Assembly (NCBI GenBank): GCA_007375645.1 | Contig: VMER01000003.1 | Span: 10,008-74,007 of the forward strand | From: Parcubacteria group bacterium LiPW_15 | GTDB lineage: Bacteria; Patescibacteriota; Minisyncoccia; UBA6257; 2-01-FULL-56-20 | Length of the DNA: 64,000 nt | Reading direction: 5' to 3' | In this document: positions 41,107-50,897 of the stretch, one piece after another | How positions within the stretch are numbered: the stretch's first letter is position 1 | How the letters are laid out: each line of letters opens with the position of its first letter | Notes under the pieces: generated by a model | Database searches by the model: none | Told to the model about the DNA's origin: nothing | What the model saw: only the letters and a program-made list of their open reading frames with translations | Program-made: the position numbers and the translations under genes

Positions 41107-43032
41107 ATGATAGATTACTTAAAGCTTGGCGAAACTCCCGACCATGAGGCCCCGGAACAAAAACCTTCATGGGTGGCTTTTTCTCTCGGCGCAATATTGA
41201 TCGTTTCCGGAGCACTGATGTTTTTTGCCGCGAAAACCGACTCCGGCATAATGGATGAATTGGCACACATACCCTCCGGCTACGGATATGTGCACGAACT
41301 GGATTACAGACTGAATCCGGAACACCCGCCCCTTCTAAAGGCGATGTCCGCCCTTCCGCTCTTACTCCTTAACCCGGCTTTCCCGGTCAACGATCCGGCT
41401 TGGACGTCGGCGATAAACGGCCAATGGGATATGGGCTCAAGCTTTCTGTATAAATCCGGAAACGACCCCGACAAAATAATCTTTTGGGCCAGGCTTTTCC
41501 CGATAATTCTCACCCTCCTTCTATCGCTTCTCATTTTTCTCGTGGCCCGAGATCTTTTCGGACCAAAATGGGCGCTTTTACCAACCGCTCTTTTTGCCTT
41601 GTCTCCCACCGTTCTGGCCCACGGACACTATGTGACAACCGACATCGCAGCCGCATTCGGCATTCTTTTGGCTATTTATGCGTTTCTCGGGAATTTGAGC
41701 GACCCTTCCGGAAAAAAACTTTTATGGGCCGGTGTTGCGTTCGGCCTAGCCCAGCTTTTAAAATTCTCCGCCGTCCTCCTTGGTCCGCTATTCTTGATGT
41801 TGGTTTTTTTCTGGAGCATTTTTACGCTTGCTTCCGGCAGCTATTCCGGGTTCTGGGGATGGCTGGGATCCTTCTTCCGAATCTTTTTCAAAAAACTATG
41901 GATGACCTTTTTGGTTTTCGTGATTGGTGTCGTGATAATTGTCTATCCGGTTTATTTTCTTTTTACAAAAAACTATCCGCAAGCGCGGCAAACCGCGGAC
42001 ACGGAATATATTTTGAGCTCTTTCGCCGGCGGACCGCCAGGCCCGAACGCATCCTGCAATCCTACAAGGTGTCTCGCGGAAGCAACTATCTGGGCCACTA
42101 AAAACCCCGTAACCCGTCCGCTTGCCGAGTATGCCTTGGGTGCCTTAATGGTCACTCAACGCGCTGCCGGAGGGAACACTAACTACTTTTTGGGAGAAAT
42201 ATCCAACTCCGGCTCCAGAAGCTATTTCCCGATAGTCTTCGGCCTTAAAGAAACCCTGCCCACACTCATCTTTCTCCTTATCGCGTTCTTTCTTGCTATT
42301 TTGGCTGTCTTCCGCGGCTTAAGGAATAAGGCAAAAACCTTCGGTCAAAAAATGGCCGCCTACTTCGAAAATAATTTCGCTCAATTCACCTTCGCTCTGT
42401 TCATTGCCTTTTATTGGTTTATGAGCATGAAAAGCCCCCTGAACATAGGATTCCGGCATCTTTTGCCGACCATCCCGCTTTTCTATCTTCTTTTGACCTC
42501 CGCCTGGAAAAAGTGGGCCGAAAGCGGCAAACCGTTGTTCAAAAAAACATTGGTTGCCGTTTTGCTTGTCTGGTTCTTTGGTGAAACCGTATTTGCCGCT
42601 CCATATTTTCTTTCCTATTTCAACGAGATAGGCGGCGGTATTCCCAATGGATATAAGTATGTGACCGACTCCAACTATGATTGGGGACAGGATTTCTCGA
42701 GATTCCGAGACTGGGCTAAAGAAAATCTGAAAGGAGAAAAGATCGCCGTAGATTATTTCGGCGCGGCATCGCCCGAATACTATCTTCCCGGCCAAGCGGT
42801 CAACTGGTGGTCGGCCAAGGGGGACCCGAGAGGCTCCGGCATCCATTGGCTCGCGGTATCCGTAAACACCCTGGAAGGCGCCTTCGGCAAGCCTATTTAT
42901 TATTTCAAGCGGAATCCCGCGGATGAATACAAGTGGCTCGCCGCGATATATCCTAAAGAGGAAGGAATCGGGGGCGTCCCCAAACCGGACCTGAAGGCAG
43001 GAACAACTATTTTTATCTACCGCCTCCCCTGA
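41107..43032 (+). CDS. GT-C family glycosyltransferase (ArnT/PMT-like, family 39/83)
   Basis: 641 aa; ~11 N-terminal TM helices with the 'EHPPLLK' motif typical of ArnT/PMT; C-terminal soluble domain. Confidence 0.6.
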   Translation: MIDYLKLGETPDHEAPEQKPSWVAFSLGAILIVSGALMFFAAKTDSGIMDELAHIPSGYGYVHELDYRLNPEHPPLLKAMSALPLLLLNPAFPVNDPAWTSAINGQWDMGSSFLYKSGNDPDKIIFWARLFPIILTLLLSLLIFLVARDLFGPKWALLPTALFALSPTVLAHGHYVTTDIAAAFGILLAIYAFLGNLSDPSGKKLLWAGVAFGLAQLLKFSAVLLGPLFLMLVFFWSIFTLASGSYSGFWGWLGSFFRIFFKKLWMTFLVFVIGVVIIVYPVYFLFTKNYPQARQTADTEYILSSFAGGPPGPNASCNPTRCLAEATIWATKNPVTRPLAEYALGALMVTQRAAGGNTNYFLGEISNSGSRSYFPIVFGLKETLPTLIFLLIAFFLAILAVFRGLRNKAKTFGQKMAAYFENNFAQFTFALFIAFYWFMSMKSPLNIGFRHLLPTIPLFYLLLTSAWKKWAESGKPLFKKTLVAVLLVWFFGETVFAAPYFLSYFNEIGGGIPNGYKYVTDSNYDWGQDFSRFRDWAKENLKGEKIAVDYFGAASPEYYLPGQAVNWWSAKGDPRGSGIHWLAVSVNTLEGAFGKPIYYFKRNPADEYKWLAAIYPKEEGIGGVPKPDLKAGTTIFIYRLP

Positions 43033-43051
43033 GGCTGATTCCAAAATAAAT

Positions 43052-43082
43052 AAAACTCCCCGTGGAATGCCCGGGGAGTTTT
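43052..43082. terminator. bidirectional terminator between convergent genes
   Basis: AAAACTCCCCG-TGGAATGC-CCGGGGAGTTTT. Confidence 0.5.
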
Positions 43083-43920
43083 ATTTATAGTAAGCGCGAT
43101 TTTGGATGCGCAAATCTATATACTGAAGTTTTGAAAAGGCCTTGGTCCCCTTCAATGTCTCCAGGAGATCCAAAAAGTTGGCTGCGGAAAATCTCAAACT
43201 GAAATAGATTAGCGGCCCTTCCGCCGTTTTCGCGGCTACTTCCTGAAGCGCCAGATCTTTAAGTTCAACGGAACGCGTGCCTATGCCGCTCGCTTCCAAA
43301 ACATCGAAAGCGCTTTTAAGGTTTGGGAAAAAATCTTCACCGAGAACGCGGTTCCCGAGTCCGAGCTTCCGACCGGATAAGTCGCTTACCGATTTTATGA
43401 TATTCCCTTCGGTCGAAAGGCCTCGTTTGAAAATATAACCGTCCCCATCAAACCAAAAACATTCCGGCGCTTCCGTCCCCATACACCAAATACCGTAAGG
43501 TTTCCTTTCGACAACGCGAATCTCAATTTTTTTGCTCCAATAGCGCTTAACTACGTCCATTGATTTTACTTGCGGCAAAAATTTTCCGGGGTTTTGGATG
43601 GTATCCGGCCAAATTAAAATATTTTTGAAGCCCAACGCGTATTTAACATAACTGCCCGCGAAAACCTGGGCCTCCAAGGCTGTCATTATTTCCGCCGAAA
43701 AAACTTCGCGATTGCCGGTTATCTCGATATCCTTCGCGCGAAAAAATCCCGTGCGAAAGGAAAGCAAGCAAAAAACAAGAAGCGCCGAGTACGCGGCGAG
43801 CAAAACTACAAGAAGTGCGGATAGGGTTCGCTTCCTCTTTCGCGCCCGTCCGGCGTCGCTTAAATATATTTTAACGTCCGATCTGGCCATATGGCTAAAG
43901 TCTCTTAAATCATAGAACAA
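43081..43920 (-). CDS. FtsQ/DivIB-like cell-division protein
   Basis: 279 aa; basic N-terminus, a single TM helix, then a POTRA-like segment (RAKDIEITGNREVFSAEI). Confidence 0.45.
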   Translation of the reverse strand: MFYDLRDFSHMARSDVKIYLSDAGRARKRKRTLSALLVVLLAAYSALLVFCLLSFRTGFFRAKDIEITGNREVFSAEIMTALEAQVFAGSYVKYALGFKNILIWPDTIQNPGKFLPQVKSMDVVKRYWSKKIEIRVVERKPYGIWCMGTEAPECFWFDGDGYIFKRGLSTEGNIIKSVSDLSGRKLGLGNRVLGEDFFPNLKSAFDVLEASGIGTRSVELKDLALQEVAAKTAEGPLIYFSLRFSAANFLDLLETLKGTKAFSKLQYIDLRIQNRAYYK

Positions 43921-43990
43921 ATTAGGGAACCTCGGAATATGCTAAAATTAATCAAAGGGTAGAAAATAAAAACAAACACGCCAAAACCAG

Positions 43991-44722
43991 ATGAGACTCA
44001 TAACGCCCAGACACGAAAAGAACGGGGTAAACCTCCCGGCCTCCAAGTTGCCGTCGCAAGCGAAGCCGCACGGAGATTTCCGGGACTCCTTCCACTGGAG
44101 AGTTCTCCGCATACTTTCCGAATTTACGGACGGTTTCACCTTCCTCGCGGACTTCAACGAAGTTAAAACCGTTAGTTTTTTCGGCTCCGCGCGTTTTCTG
44201 GAAGATAATCATTGGTATAAAGAAGCTCAGCGCTTAGGCGAAATATTGGGTGAAAAGGGGTATGGGGTGGTTACCGGCGGCGGTCCGGGCATAATGGAGG
44301 CCGGCAACCGAGGAGCCCATGAAGGCGGCGGAGAATCCATCGGGCTCAATATCCAACTCCCCTTTGAACAGCGCATCAACCCTTGGGTGAGAAAAGGCAT
44401 CGGCTTCCACTACTTCTTCAGCCGAAAAGTTATGCTCACTTATGCCGCCCAGGCTTATGTCTATTTCCCGGGAGGATTCGGAACCCTAGATGAGTTTTTC
44501 GAGATGGTGACTCTTATCCAAACGAAAAAGAGGCTTGGGAATATTCCTGTCATTTGTATCGGTCGCGATTTCTGGACCCCCCTCCTCAAATGGGTAGAAA
44601 CTGATGTCTATGGGAAATTTGCGGCTATCGACAAAGAGGATATGAAAATTTATAACGTCGTGGATACCGCCGAAGAAGCTTGGAAGATAATCAAGAAATC
44701 CCCGCACATAAAATATTTCTAA
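43991..44722 (+). CDS. LOG-family protein (cytokinin riboside 5'-monophosphate phosphoribohydrolase-like, TIGR00730)
   Basis: GYGVVTGGGPGIMEAGNRGA and PGGFGTLDEFFE motifs. Confidence 0.7.
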   Translation: MRLITPRHEKNGVNLPASKLPSQAKPHGDFRDSFHWRVLRILSEFTDGFTFLADFNEVKTVSFFGSARFLEDNHWYKEAQRLGEILGEKGYGVVTGGGPGIMEAGNRGAHEGGGESIGLNIQLPFEQRINPWVRKGIGFHYFFSRKVMLTYAAQAYVYFPGGFGTLDEFFEMVTLIQTKKRLGNIPVICIGRDFWTPLLKWVETDVYGKFAAIDKEDMKIYNVVDTAEEAWKIIKKSPHIKYF

Positions 44723-44730
44723 AGACTACA

Positions 44731-44758
44731 AAAAAACACCGTTTAGGTGTTTTTTTGC
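44731..44758. terminator. bidirectional terminator
   Basis: AAAAAAACACC-GTTTA-GGTGTTTTTTT between convergent LOG and HIT genes. Confidence 0.45.
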
Positions 44759-44852
44759 TTCTGTGGACTACATACGAGTCTATTGGAACCAAATTGTAGC
44801 GGATCTGTACCAGTGGCATCTCTTAATGGAGTATGAGAAAAATTCCGACGCC

Positions 44853-45254
44853 CTACTTCAACTTCTCTAACAAATTATCATATTCCGAAACCCATTCTGG
44901 ATGAATAGTCCATTTAACATCTTGCCCATCATCTTTTTTCCTTGGCACAATGTGGAAATGAACATGAAATACATCTTGCTGGGCTTCAGGCCCAGAACTG
45001 TTAATAATCTGTAAATTTTCTATTCCTAATTTCTCCTTATACAAAACTGATAGTTTTTTGACGACCCCAATTATTTGCTCGAGTTCTTTTGTCGGAACAT
45101 CAAATATATTTTCGTAATGGCTCTTTGGAATAATTAGAGTGTGATATTTACTTGCGGGGTGAATATCTAGAAATGCGTACACATTTTCATCCTCGTAGAC
45201 TTTCCAAGATTTTTCGTTCCTTTTGCTTATTTCACAGAATATACATTTATTCAT
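44853..45254 (-). CDS. HIT-family hydrolase
   Basis: 133 aa; histidine triad HVHFHIVPR. Confidence 0.75.
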   Translation of the reverse strand: MNKCIFCEISKRNEKSWKVYEDENVYAFLDIHPASKYHTLIIPKSHYENIFDVPTKELEQIIGVVKKLSVLYKEKLGIENLQIINSSGPEAQQDVFHVHFHIVPRKKDDGQDVKWTIHPEWVSEYDNLLEKLK

Positions 45255-45277
45255 ATTGGTTCTAAAAAATAATTTTG

Positions 45278-45348
45278 TGGACCTACGGGGAGTCGAACCC
45301 CGACCTGTTCCATGCCATGGAACCGTTCTACCGCTATACTATAGGCCC
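45278..45348 (-). tRNA. tRNA-Ala (anticodon GGC)
   Basis: Minus-strand sequence GGGCCTATAGTATAGCGGTAGAACGGTTCCATGGCATGGAACAGGTCGGGGTTCGACTCCCCGTAGGTCCA; G3:U70 identity pair; anticodon loop AUGGCAU; T-loop TTCGACT; no CCA encoded; the D-stem is non-canonical. Confidence 0.7.
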
Positions 45349-45451
45349 AAGTGAGGATCTAAAACGGAAGTGCGGAGCAATTACGTTTTTTCCGAGCGAT
45401 GGGCATATATCGATCCTTTAAGATATAGGCCCTTATTCTTTTATCTATTCA

Positions 45452-45760
45452 TTATATGGGATGAACTCCACGCTTGTGAAGTGCATCTGCTGTTTTCATA
45501 TCCGGAAACAGAACCTTAGAGATAACGACGTCCCGCAAATGATAATTATGGATGGCCTCTCCGATTTTAATCGGGAATGGATCTTTTTTGAGCAAATGTG
45601 CTTCGTGCCCGCCGACTTTCAGGATTATTTCGCTCCCGTTATTTTCATATTCAAACTCATTCCCATCAGCCTTCAAAATATTGACGTAAAATCCAATCTC
45701 TTTATCTATCTTTTCCGACTCCTCTTTAAAATCTTCTTCCCTCCACAATTCCTTACTCAT
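45452..45760 (-). CDS. hypothetical protein
   Basis: 102-aa ORF. Confidence 0.35.
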   Translation of the reverse strand: MSKELWREEDFKEESEKIDKEIGFYVNILKADGNEFEYENNGSEIILKVGGHEAHLLKKDPFPIKIGEAIHNYHLRDVVISKVLFPDMKTADALHKRGVHPI

Positions 45761-45830
45761 TTGAGTGATTCTAAACCAAACAATATAAATTGTAAAATCT
45801 CCCCGGGTATTGTATATTCAACTAGAAAAA

Positions 45831-45905
45831 GCCCTCGTAGTTCAATGGATAGAACTGCTCACTCCTAACGAGCCGATCGAGGTTCGATTCCTCGCGAGGG
45901 CACCA
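45831..45905 (+). tRNA. tRNA-Arg (anticodon CCT)
   Basis: GCCCTCGTAGTTCAATGGATAGAACTGCTCACTCCTAACGAGCCGATCGAGGTTCGATTCCTCGCGAGGGCACCA forms a cloverleaf; anticodon loop CUCCUAA; CCA is encoded. Confidence 0.85.
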
Positions 45906-45911
45906 AACAAA

Positions 45912-45945
45912 AAAACTGGTCACTTGCCGGCCAGTTTTTTGTTTG
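45912..45945. terminator. bidirectional hairpin terminator after tRNA-Arg
   Basis: AAAAAAACTGGTCACTTGCCGGCCAGTTTTTTG. Confidence 0.4.
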
Positions 45946-45953
45946 CGTGTTTC

Positions 45954-46066
45954 GAGCGAGGAATCGAACAGCGAAAGGGGTCGGGAAACCGCGCTCGGTT
46001 TCCCGTGTTGGAAATTATTCAAAACCGAGGGTTTTGAAAAGCGAAGCGCGCGAGCTTCCTCGCGAG
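45954..46066. repeat. copy 2 of the ~115-nt structured repeat element; its termini duplicate or invert the tRNA-Arg 3' end
   Basis: Terminal stem GCGAGGAA/TTCCTCGC; hairpins GGGAAACCG-CGCT-CGGTTTCCC and CAAAACC-GAG-GGTTTTG; the 3' end TTCCTCGCGAGGGCAC repeats tRNA-Arg 45888..45903. Confidence 0.5.
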
Positions 46067-46077
46067 GGCACAAATAT

Positions 46078-46106
46078 AAAAACAGGACCTATCGGGTTCT
46101 GTTTTT
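46078..46106. terminator. bidirectional hairpin terminator
   Basis: AAAAACAGGACC-TATC-GGGTTCTGTTTTT. Confidence 0.45.
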
Positions 46107-46216
46107 ATATTTCGTCTTTATTGGAGGAACCGAACAGTTAGAAAAAGAACTCATTTGCCAAAACCCAACATAGCTGGCATAATAGGAACCGGTTCAAATT
46201 TCTTAACGAGGAGGAC

Positions 46217-46531
46217 TTGATGTCTACGAAACCTCTACTGGTGCGAGTTTGCCCGAAGTGCTACCTAGCACTGGGCAAGGCGGAAACTGCCTGCAGGGTG
46301 GACGAGAAGACAATCGAGAAAGCCGAGAAGGCGGCGCTCGGGACAAAAAGCGACGACGCGCTCTTCCGGTTCTCAGAGCTCGCCAGGATCGGAGAGAACG
46401 GCGGGCTGCACAAACTGTGTGCGGAACAGATCGCTCACGCGCTTCTGGCGCCCACGGAAAAGTGCTCCCCTGACCTCGCGACGGAAACGCTGGCGCGACA
46501 GACTGCCAAAGAGCTCTGCCACCCCAGCTAA
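46217..46531 (+). CDS. GC-rich hypothetical protein
   Basis: 104 aa; RBS GAGGAGG; a CxxC pair near the N-terminus; followed by a hairpin terminator at ~46557..46590. Confidence 0.35.
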   Translation: MMSTKPLLVRVCPKCYLALGKAETACRVDEKTIEKAEKAALGTKSDDALFRFSELARIGENGGLHKLCAEQIAHALLAPTEKCSPDLATETLARQTAKELCHPS

Positions 46532-46644
46532 CCAACCGCTCGCTCTTCTCGCTCTTCGCCCTTCGGCTTCGGCCGGAGGGCTTCCTTTTTATTTGGTCTC
46601 AAAGTAAAATCAGCAGAGGAAGGAGTGTTCGTCCCGGATAAAGC

Positions 46645-46731
46645 GGTGGGGTGGCTGAGTGGTCTAAGGCGCCACACTCGAAATGTGGTGTACCCGAAAG
46701 GGTACCGTGAGTTCAAATCTCACCCCCACCG
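46645..46731 (+). tRNA. tRNA-Ser (anticodon CGA)
   Basis: Class II tRNA with a long variable arm (TGTACCCGAAAGGGTACC); anticodon loop CUCGAAA; T-loop TTCAAAT; discriminator G; no CCA encoded. Confidence 0.85.
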
Positions 46732-46829
46732 CTTTGAACGGAACGCATGGCCGACTAGCCGAAGTAAAAATGTAAATCGCTTTTTGTTATCAACAATAGA
46801 AAGTGAATTTTAAATGCTACAATTAATGC

Positions 46830-47873
46830 ATGCAGGACAAACAAGTTATCGCGACCATAAAAAATGTGATGCCCGCAGTGGTTTCCATCGTCATTTCGAA
46901 AAATCTTGCCGACGTTAAAAAAGAAATTCCGGCTTTCGCTCCTCTTTTTAAGAAGAATAAAGATAAAAAATTCAAAGTCGCCGACATTCTGACCGATTCC
47001 AAAGGAATGGTGAATGTGGGAGGCGGTAGCGGCTTTGTCGTCTCCCCCGAAGGCCTTATCGTTACCAATAAGCACGTCATCTCCGATCCGAAGGCTGAAT
47101 ATTCGGTAATTACGAACGACGGGGAAAGCCATCCGGCAATCATCATGACCCGCGATCCCATCTATGATGTGGCGATTTTGAAGATAAAAGCTTCGGGACT
47201 CCCGACCGTGAAACTCGGGGATGCCACCAAAGTTGAGTTGGGCGAAAGCGTTATTGCCATAGGCAATGCCTTGGGAATTTTCAGAAACACCGTATCATTG
47301 GGCATCGTTTCGGGACTCTCAAGGGCCATAACCGCCCAAGCCGATCCCAAAGCTCCCCCGCAGGAAATGCGAGGCCTCATTCAAACCGACGCCGCGATCA
47401 ACCCAGGAAACTCCGGCGGACCGCTTGTAGACCTGGATGGTAGGGCAATTGGCATCAACGCCGCAGTGGTCTTTGGGGCACAGAACATAAACTTCGCGAT
47501 TCCGATAAATGCGGTAAGCCGCGATCTGGAAGACCTGCACCGCTTCGGCCACATCCGTCGGCCGTATCTTGGTCTTCGCTACATAATCATCGACGAAAAT
47601 TTGCAATCCAAGATGAATTTGCCCGTCAATCATGGCGCCTTGATCACCGGTGAAGGCCCCAAGGATCATGCGGTAGTGCCGAAAAGTCCTGCGGATAAGG
47701 CAGGCGTAAAGGAGGGAGATGTAATATTGGAATGCAATGGAAAGGAAATTAGGCGAGACCAACCGATACAGGATATTTTGGATGGAATGAAAGTGGGAGA
47801 GGGTTTAAACGTAAAAATACTGCGCAACGGCAAACAGTTTGAAGCGCGGATAATTATGGCGGAGAGAAAGTAG
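46830..47873 (+). CDS. htrA: HtrA/DegP-family serine protease with a C-terminal PDZ domain
   Basis: 347 aa; GSGFVVSPEGLIVTNKHVI (His); TDAAINPGNSGGPLVD (catalytic Ser); PDZ-like C-terminus. Confidence 0.8.
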   Translation: MQDKQVIATIKNVMPAVVSIVISKNLADVKKEIPAFAPLFKKNKDKKFKVADILTDSKGMVNVGGGSGFVVSPEGLIVTNKHVISDPKAEYSVITNDGESHPAIIMTRDPIYDVAILKIKASGLPTVKLGDATKVELGESVIAIGNALGIFRNTVSLGIVSGLSRAITAQADPKAPPQEMRGLIQTDAAINPGNSGGPLVDLDGRAIGINAAVVFGAQNINFAIPINAVSRDLEDLHRFGHIRRPYLGLRYIIIDENLQSKMNLPVNHGALITGEGPKDHAVVPKSPADKAGVKEGDVILECNGKEIRRDQPIQDILDGMKVGEGLNVKILRNGKQFEARIIMAERK

Positions 47874-47881
47874 CCGCCGTC

Positions 47882-48391
47882 CTAGTAGGTGTACTTATCT
47901 ACGAGAGTGCCGGATTTCGAATATAAATATATCGTATCGCCCGAGTTTAAGAATCTCTGACCGAAATAATAAGTTTTTGGCGCGTCTCCGAAAGCGGGAG
48001 CGGTCCTTGAAGAGATAACCAGAACTCCGCCGGCCGATACTCGCATCGCCGGAATGATTATATTTTTGAGCGAAGTTTTAACCTGCCAGCCGCCGATGTC
48101 CACCCGCGAAGGAGAATTGCTTGCTACCGAAAGTCGAAGCTCCCCCACGTCGCCCGAAGAAGAGATGGAAACGCCGGCGATCCGCACGTAATCCGCCCCC
48201 GAGGGAGTCGGAGTTATTTTGGCTCCGGATGGATTCGTCGGCACCGTCCTTGGCGTCGGAGCGGAATATTCTGGATTGAAAAATTTTACGAGTCCCGGAT
48301 GCTTTTCCCAAAAGGCAGGCTGGAAAATATATAACAAAAAAATGATGAGACAGAGAAAGAAAAGGTATTTAATAAAATCGTCTTTGAACAT
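47882..48391 (-). CDS. membrane-anchored lamin-tail-domain (LTD) protein
   Basis: 169 aa; N-terminal TM helix; 'VRIAGVSISSSGDVGELRLSV...VDIGGWQV...GGVLVI' fits the LTD consensus. Confidence 0.45.
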   Translation of the reverse strand: MFKDDFIKYLFFLCLIIFLLYIFQPAFWEKHPGLVKFFNPEYSAPTPRTVPTNPSGAKITPTPSGADYVRIAGVSISSSGDVGELRLSVASNSPSRVDIGGWQVKTSLKNIIIPAMRVSAGGVLVISSRTAPAFGDAPKTYYFGQRFLNSGDTIYLYSKSGTLVDKYTY

Positions 48392-48399
48392 AAAGATCC

Positions 48400-50862
48400 C
48401 TAGATAACAATGTTTATGAGCCTTCCCGGAACATAGATGATACGCTTAACCGCCGCGCCGGCCATCGCTTGCTTAACTTTTTCTTCCGCAAGAGCCTTTG
48501 TTTTTGCCTCCTCTTCCGTGGCGCCCGCAACCATTTCCACACTCCCCTTCATTTTGCCGTTCACCTGTATCGCTAAGTTAAAGGTTTTCTCCTCGCATAA
48601 CACAGGGTTATATTCCGGCCATTTTTCGAGGTGTATGGACTCTTTGCTTTTTGGGTTCAGAACCGTCCACAGCTCCTCGGTTATGTGCGGAGCAAAAGGC
48701 GCCAAAAGCTTTAACAAAATTTCTTTGTCGGATGAAGAAGCGCCGTTCGCTTCCAAGTCGTTTAGAAGAATCATCATGGCGCTTATGGCGGTATTATAGC
48801 GGAAACTCTCAAGGTCTTCTCCAACCTTCTTAATGGTTTTGTGGATTATCGCGCCATTGCCCGAGCGTTCGCCCGACCCCTCTTGGATCAACTTCCAAAC
48901 GCGGCTTAGGAATCTTGAAATTCCCAGAATACCCTGGTCGTTCCAGCTTACGCTCATCTCGTGCGGACCCAAGAACATCTCGTACATTCGAAGAGTATCC
49001 GCGCCGAAATTGGAAACTATCAGATCGGGGTTGACCACATTGCCGCGGCTCTTGCTCATCTTTTCGCCGTCTGCGGCCAAAACTATTCCGTGCGGATGGC
49101 GTTTTCTATAAGGCTCCTTGGTGGAGACCAAGCCTTGGTCGTAAAGAAACAGATTCCAGAAGCGGGAGTATAAAAGATGCAATGTGGTGTGTTCCATTCC
49201 TCCAAGATATACGTCCACGGGAGTCCAATATTCGAGCTTTTCTTTCGCGGCGAATTCTTTTTTATTCTTTGGATCGGTATAGCGAAGCCAATACCAGGAA
49301 GAGCCTGCCCACTGAGGCATGGTATTCGTTTCACGCTTGGCAGGACCGCCGCACTTCGGACACTTTGTATTCACCCAGTCCTCCATTGCCGCGAGCGGGG
49401 ACTCCCCCGTTCCGGTCGGTTCGTATTTTTTAACTTTCGGCAATTCAACCGGCAGATCTTCTTCGGGAACGGCTACTGTTCCGCACTTCGCGCAATGAAC
49501 CAGAGGAATCGGTTCGCCCCAATAACGCTGTCGGCTAAAAACCCAATCGCGCAATCTATATTGGATCTTTTTCTCTCCGCCGGCCATCTTGGTTATCTCC
49601 CATTTGGCTTTTTCGGATTCCATTAGATCGAATTTCCCGGAATTGACCAAATAGCCATCGTCGAGCGCGCCGGAAAACTCCTCCCCTTTTTCTTTTTTCT
49701 CGTCGGCTACCCGCTTATATTCCTTGGCCTGCGCGTCCATGCTTTCATCTCCGGGCAACGCCTTCTCGTGCAATACAACTTTTATGGGCAAATTAAATTT
49801 CTTCGCAAATTCAAAATCCCGTTCATCGTGCGCCGGAACCGCCATAATTGCTCCCGTGCCATAACCCGAGAGAACGTAGTCCGCGATAAAAATCGGTATC
49901 TTTTCGCCATTCACCGGATTTATGGATTTTATGCCCCTAAGTTCCACTCCCGTTTTCTGCTTGCCCTCCGCCGTTCTATCTTCTTCCGATTTCGCCTTCG
50001 TAGTTTCTACATATTCCTGGATCTCTTTGTAATTTGAGATTTGAGCTTTAAGTTTTTCTACGAGTTCATGTTCCGGGGCTAAGACCATGTAGGTTGCGCC
50101 GAACAAGGTATCGGGGCGGGTAGTGAAAACTCTTATAGTCTCTTCCGTTCCGTCAACTTTAAAATCCAATTCCGCGCCCTCGCTGCGCCCGATCCAATTT
50201 TCCTGTTGGAGTTTTATCGCTTCCGGCCACTCCGGAAGATTTTTTAATCCTTCCAAAAGTTTTTCCGCATACGCAGTAATTTTGAGATACCACTGGCGCA
50301 ACTCTTTTTTCTCTACGGGTGTGCCGCACCTATCGCACTTGCCGCCCACAACCTCTTCATTTGCCAGTCCGGTTTTGTCCTTTGGGCACCAATTAATAAG
50401 ACCGGTCGCTTCATAGGCCAAGCCGGCTTTATAAAATTGGAGGAATATCCACTGCGTCCACCTGTAATAATCCGGATCCGTGGTGTTCACCTCCCGCGTC
50501 CAATCAAAGCTCAGACCCCAAGAGAGCATCTGCCGTTTGGCATTCTCTATATTCTTTTCCGTGGAAACACTCGGCTGAACTCCGTGTTTAATGGCATAGT
50601 TTTCGGCGGGTAGTCCGAATGCATCCCAACCGATCGGGAAAATAACATTATTCCCCTTCATCCGCATATAGCGGGAATAGGTGTCGCCCGCGACGTACGG
50701 ACGAAGATGCCCCATATGCAATCCTTCGCCGGAAGGGTACGGAAACTCTACCAATACATACTTTTTTGGCTTGGAATCAAAATCTTTGGCGGAATAAATC
50801 CCGCTTTTAGCCCATTCTTTTTGCCACTTGGCTTCTATCTTTTTCGGATCGTACTTTTGCAT
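48400..50862 (-). CDS. leuS: leucyl-tRNA synthetase
   Basis: ~820 aa from MQKYDPKKIEAKWQKEW; class I HMGH (FPYPSGEGLHMGHL) and KMSKS (GEKMSKSRGN) motifs; CP1 editing domain present. Confidence 0.9.
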   Translation of the reverse strand: MQKYDPKKIEAKWQKEWAKSGIYSAKDFDSKPKKYVLVEFPYPSGEGLHMGHLRPYVAGDTYSRYMRMKGNNVIFPIGWDAFGLPAENYAIKHGVQPSVSTEKNIENAKRQMLSWGLSFDWTREVNTTDPDYYRWTQWIFLQFYKAGLAYEATGLINWCPKDKTGLANEEVVGGKCDRCGTPVEKKELRQWYLKITAYAEKLLEGLKNLPEWPEAIKLQQENWIGRSEGAELDFKVDGTEETIRVFTTRPDTLFGATYMVLAPEHELVEKLKAQISNYKEIQEYVETTKAKSEEDRTAEGKQKTGVELRGIKSINPVNGEKIPIFIADYVLSGYGTGAIMAVPAHDERDFEFAKKFNLPIKVVLHEKALPGDESMDAQAKEYKRVADEKKEKGEEFSGALDDGYLVNSGKFDLMESEKAKWEITKMAGGEKKIQYRLRDWVFSRQRYWGEPIPLVHCAKCGTVAVPEEDLPVELPKVKKYEPTGTGESPLAAMEDWVNTKCPKCGGPAKRETNTMPQWAGSSWYWLRYTDPKNKKEFAAKEKLEYWTPVDVYLGGMEHTTLHLLYSRFWNLFLYDQGLVSTKEPYRKRHPHGIVLAADGEKMSKSRGNVVNPDLIVSNFGADTLRMYEMFLGPHEMSVSWNDQGILGISRFLSRVWKLIQEGSGERSGNGAIIHKTIKKVGEDLESFRYNTAISAMMILLNDLEANGASSSDKEILLKLLAPFAPHITEELWTVLNPKSKESIHLEKWPEYNPVLCEEKTFNLAIQVNGKMKGSVEMVAGATEEEAKTKALAEEKVKQAMAGAAVKRIIYVPGRLINIVI

Positions 50863-50897
50863 TTGTTTCTCAATTCTATCCGAATTCTTGCGGCTTC

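Noticed and set aside
42319-43044. 241-aa minus-strand ORF inside the GT-C glycosyltransferase gene
   Set aside because: Shadow ORF opposite a well-supported 641-aa multi-TM gene
45278-46731. Significance of CCA being encoded only in tRNA-Arg and not in tRNA-Ala or tRNA-Ser
   Set aside because: Mixed encoded and non-encoded CCA is common in bacteria; not informative by itself
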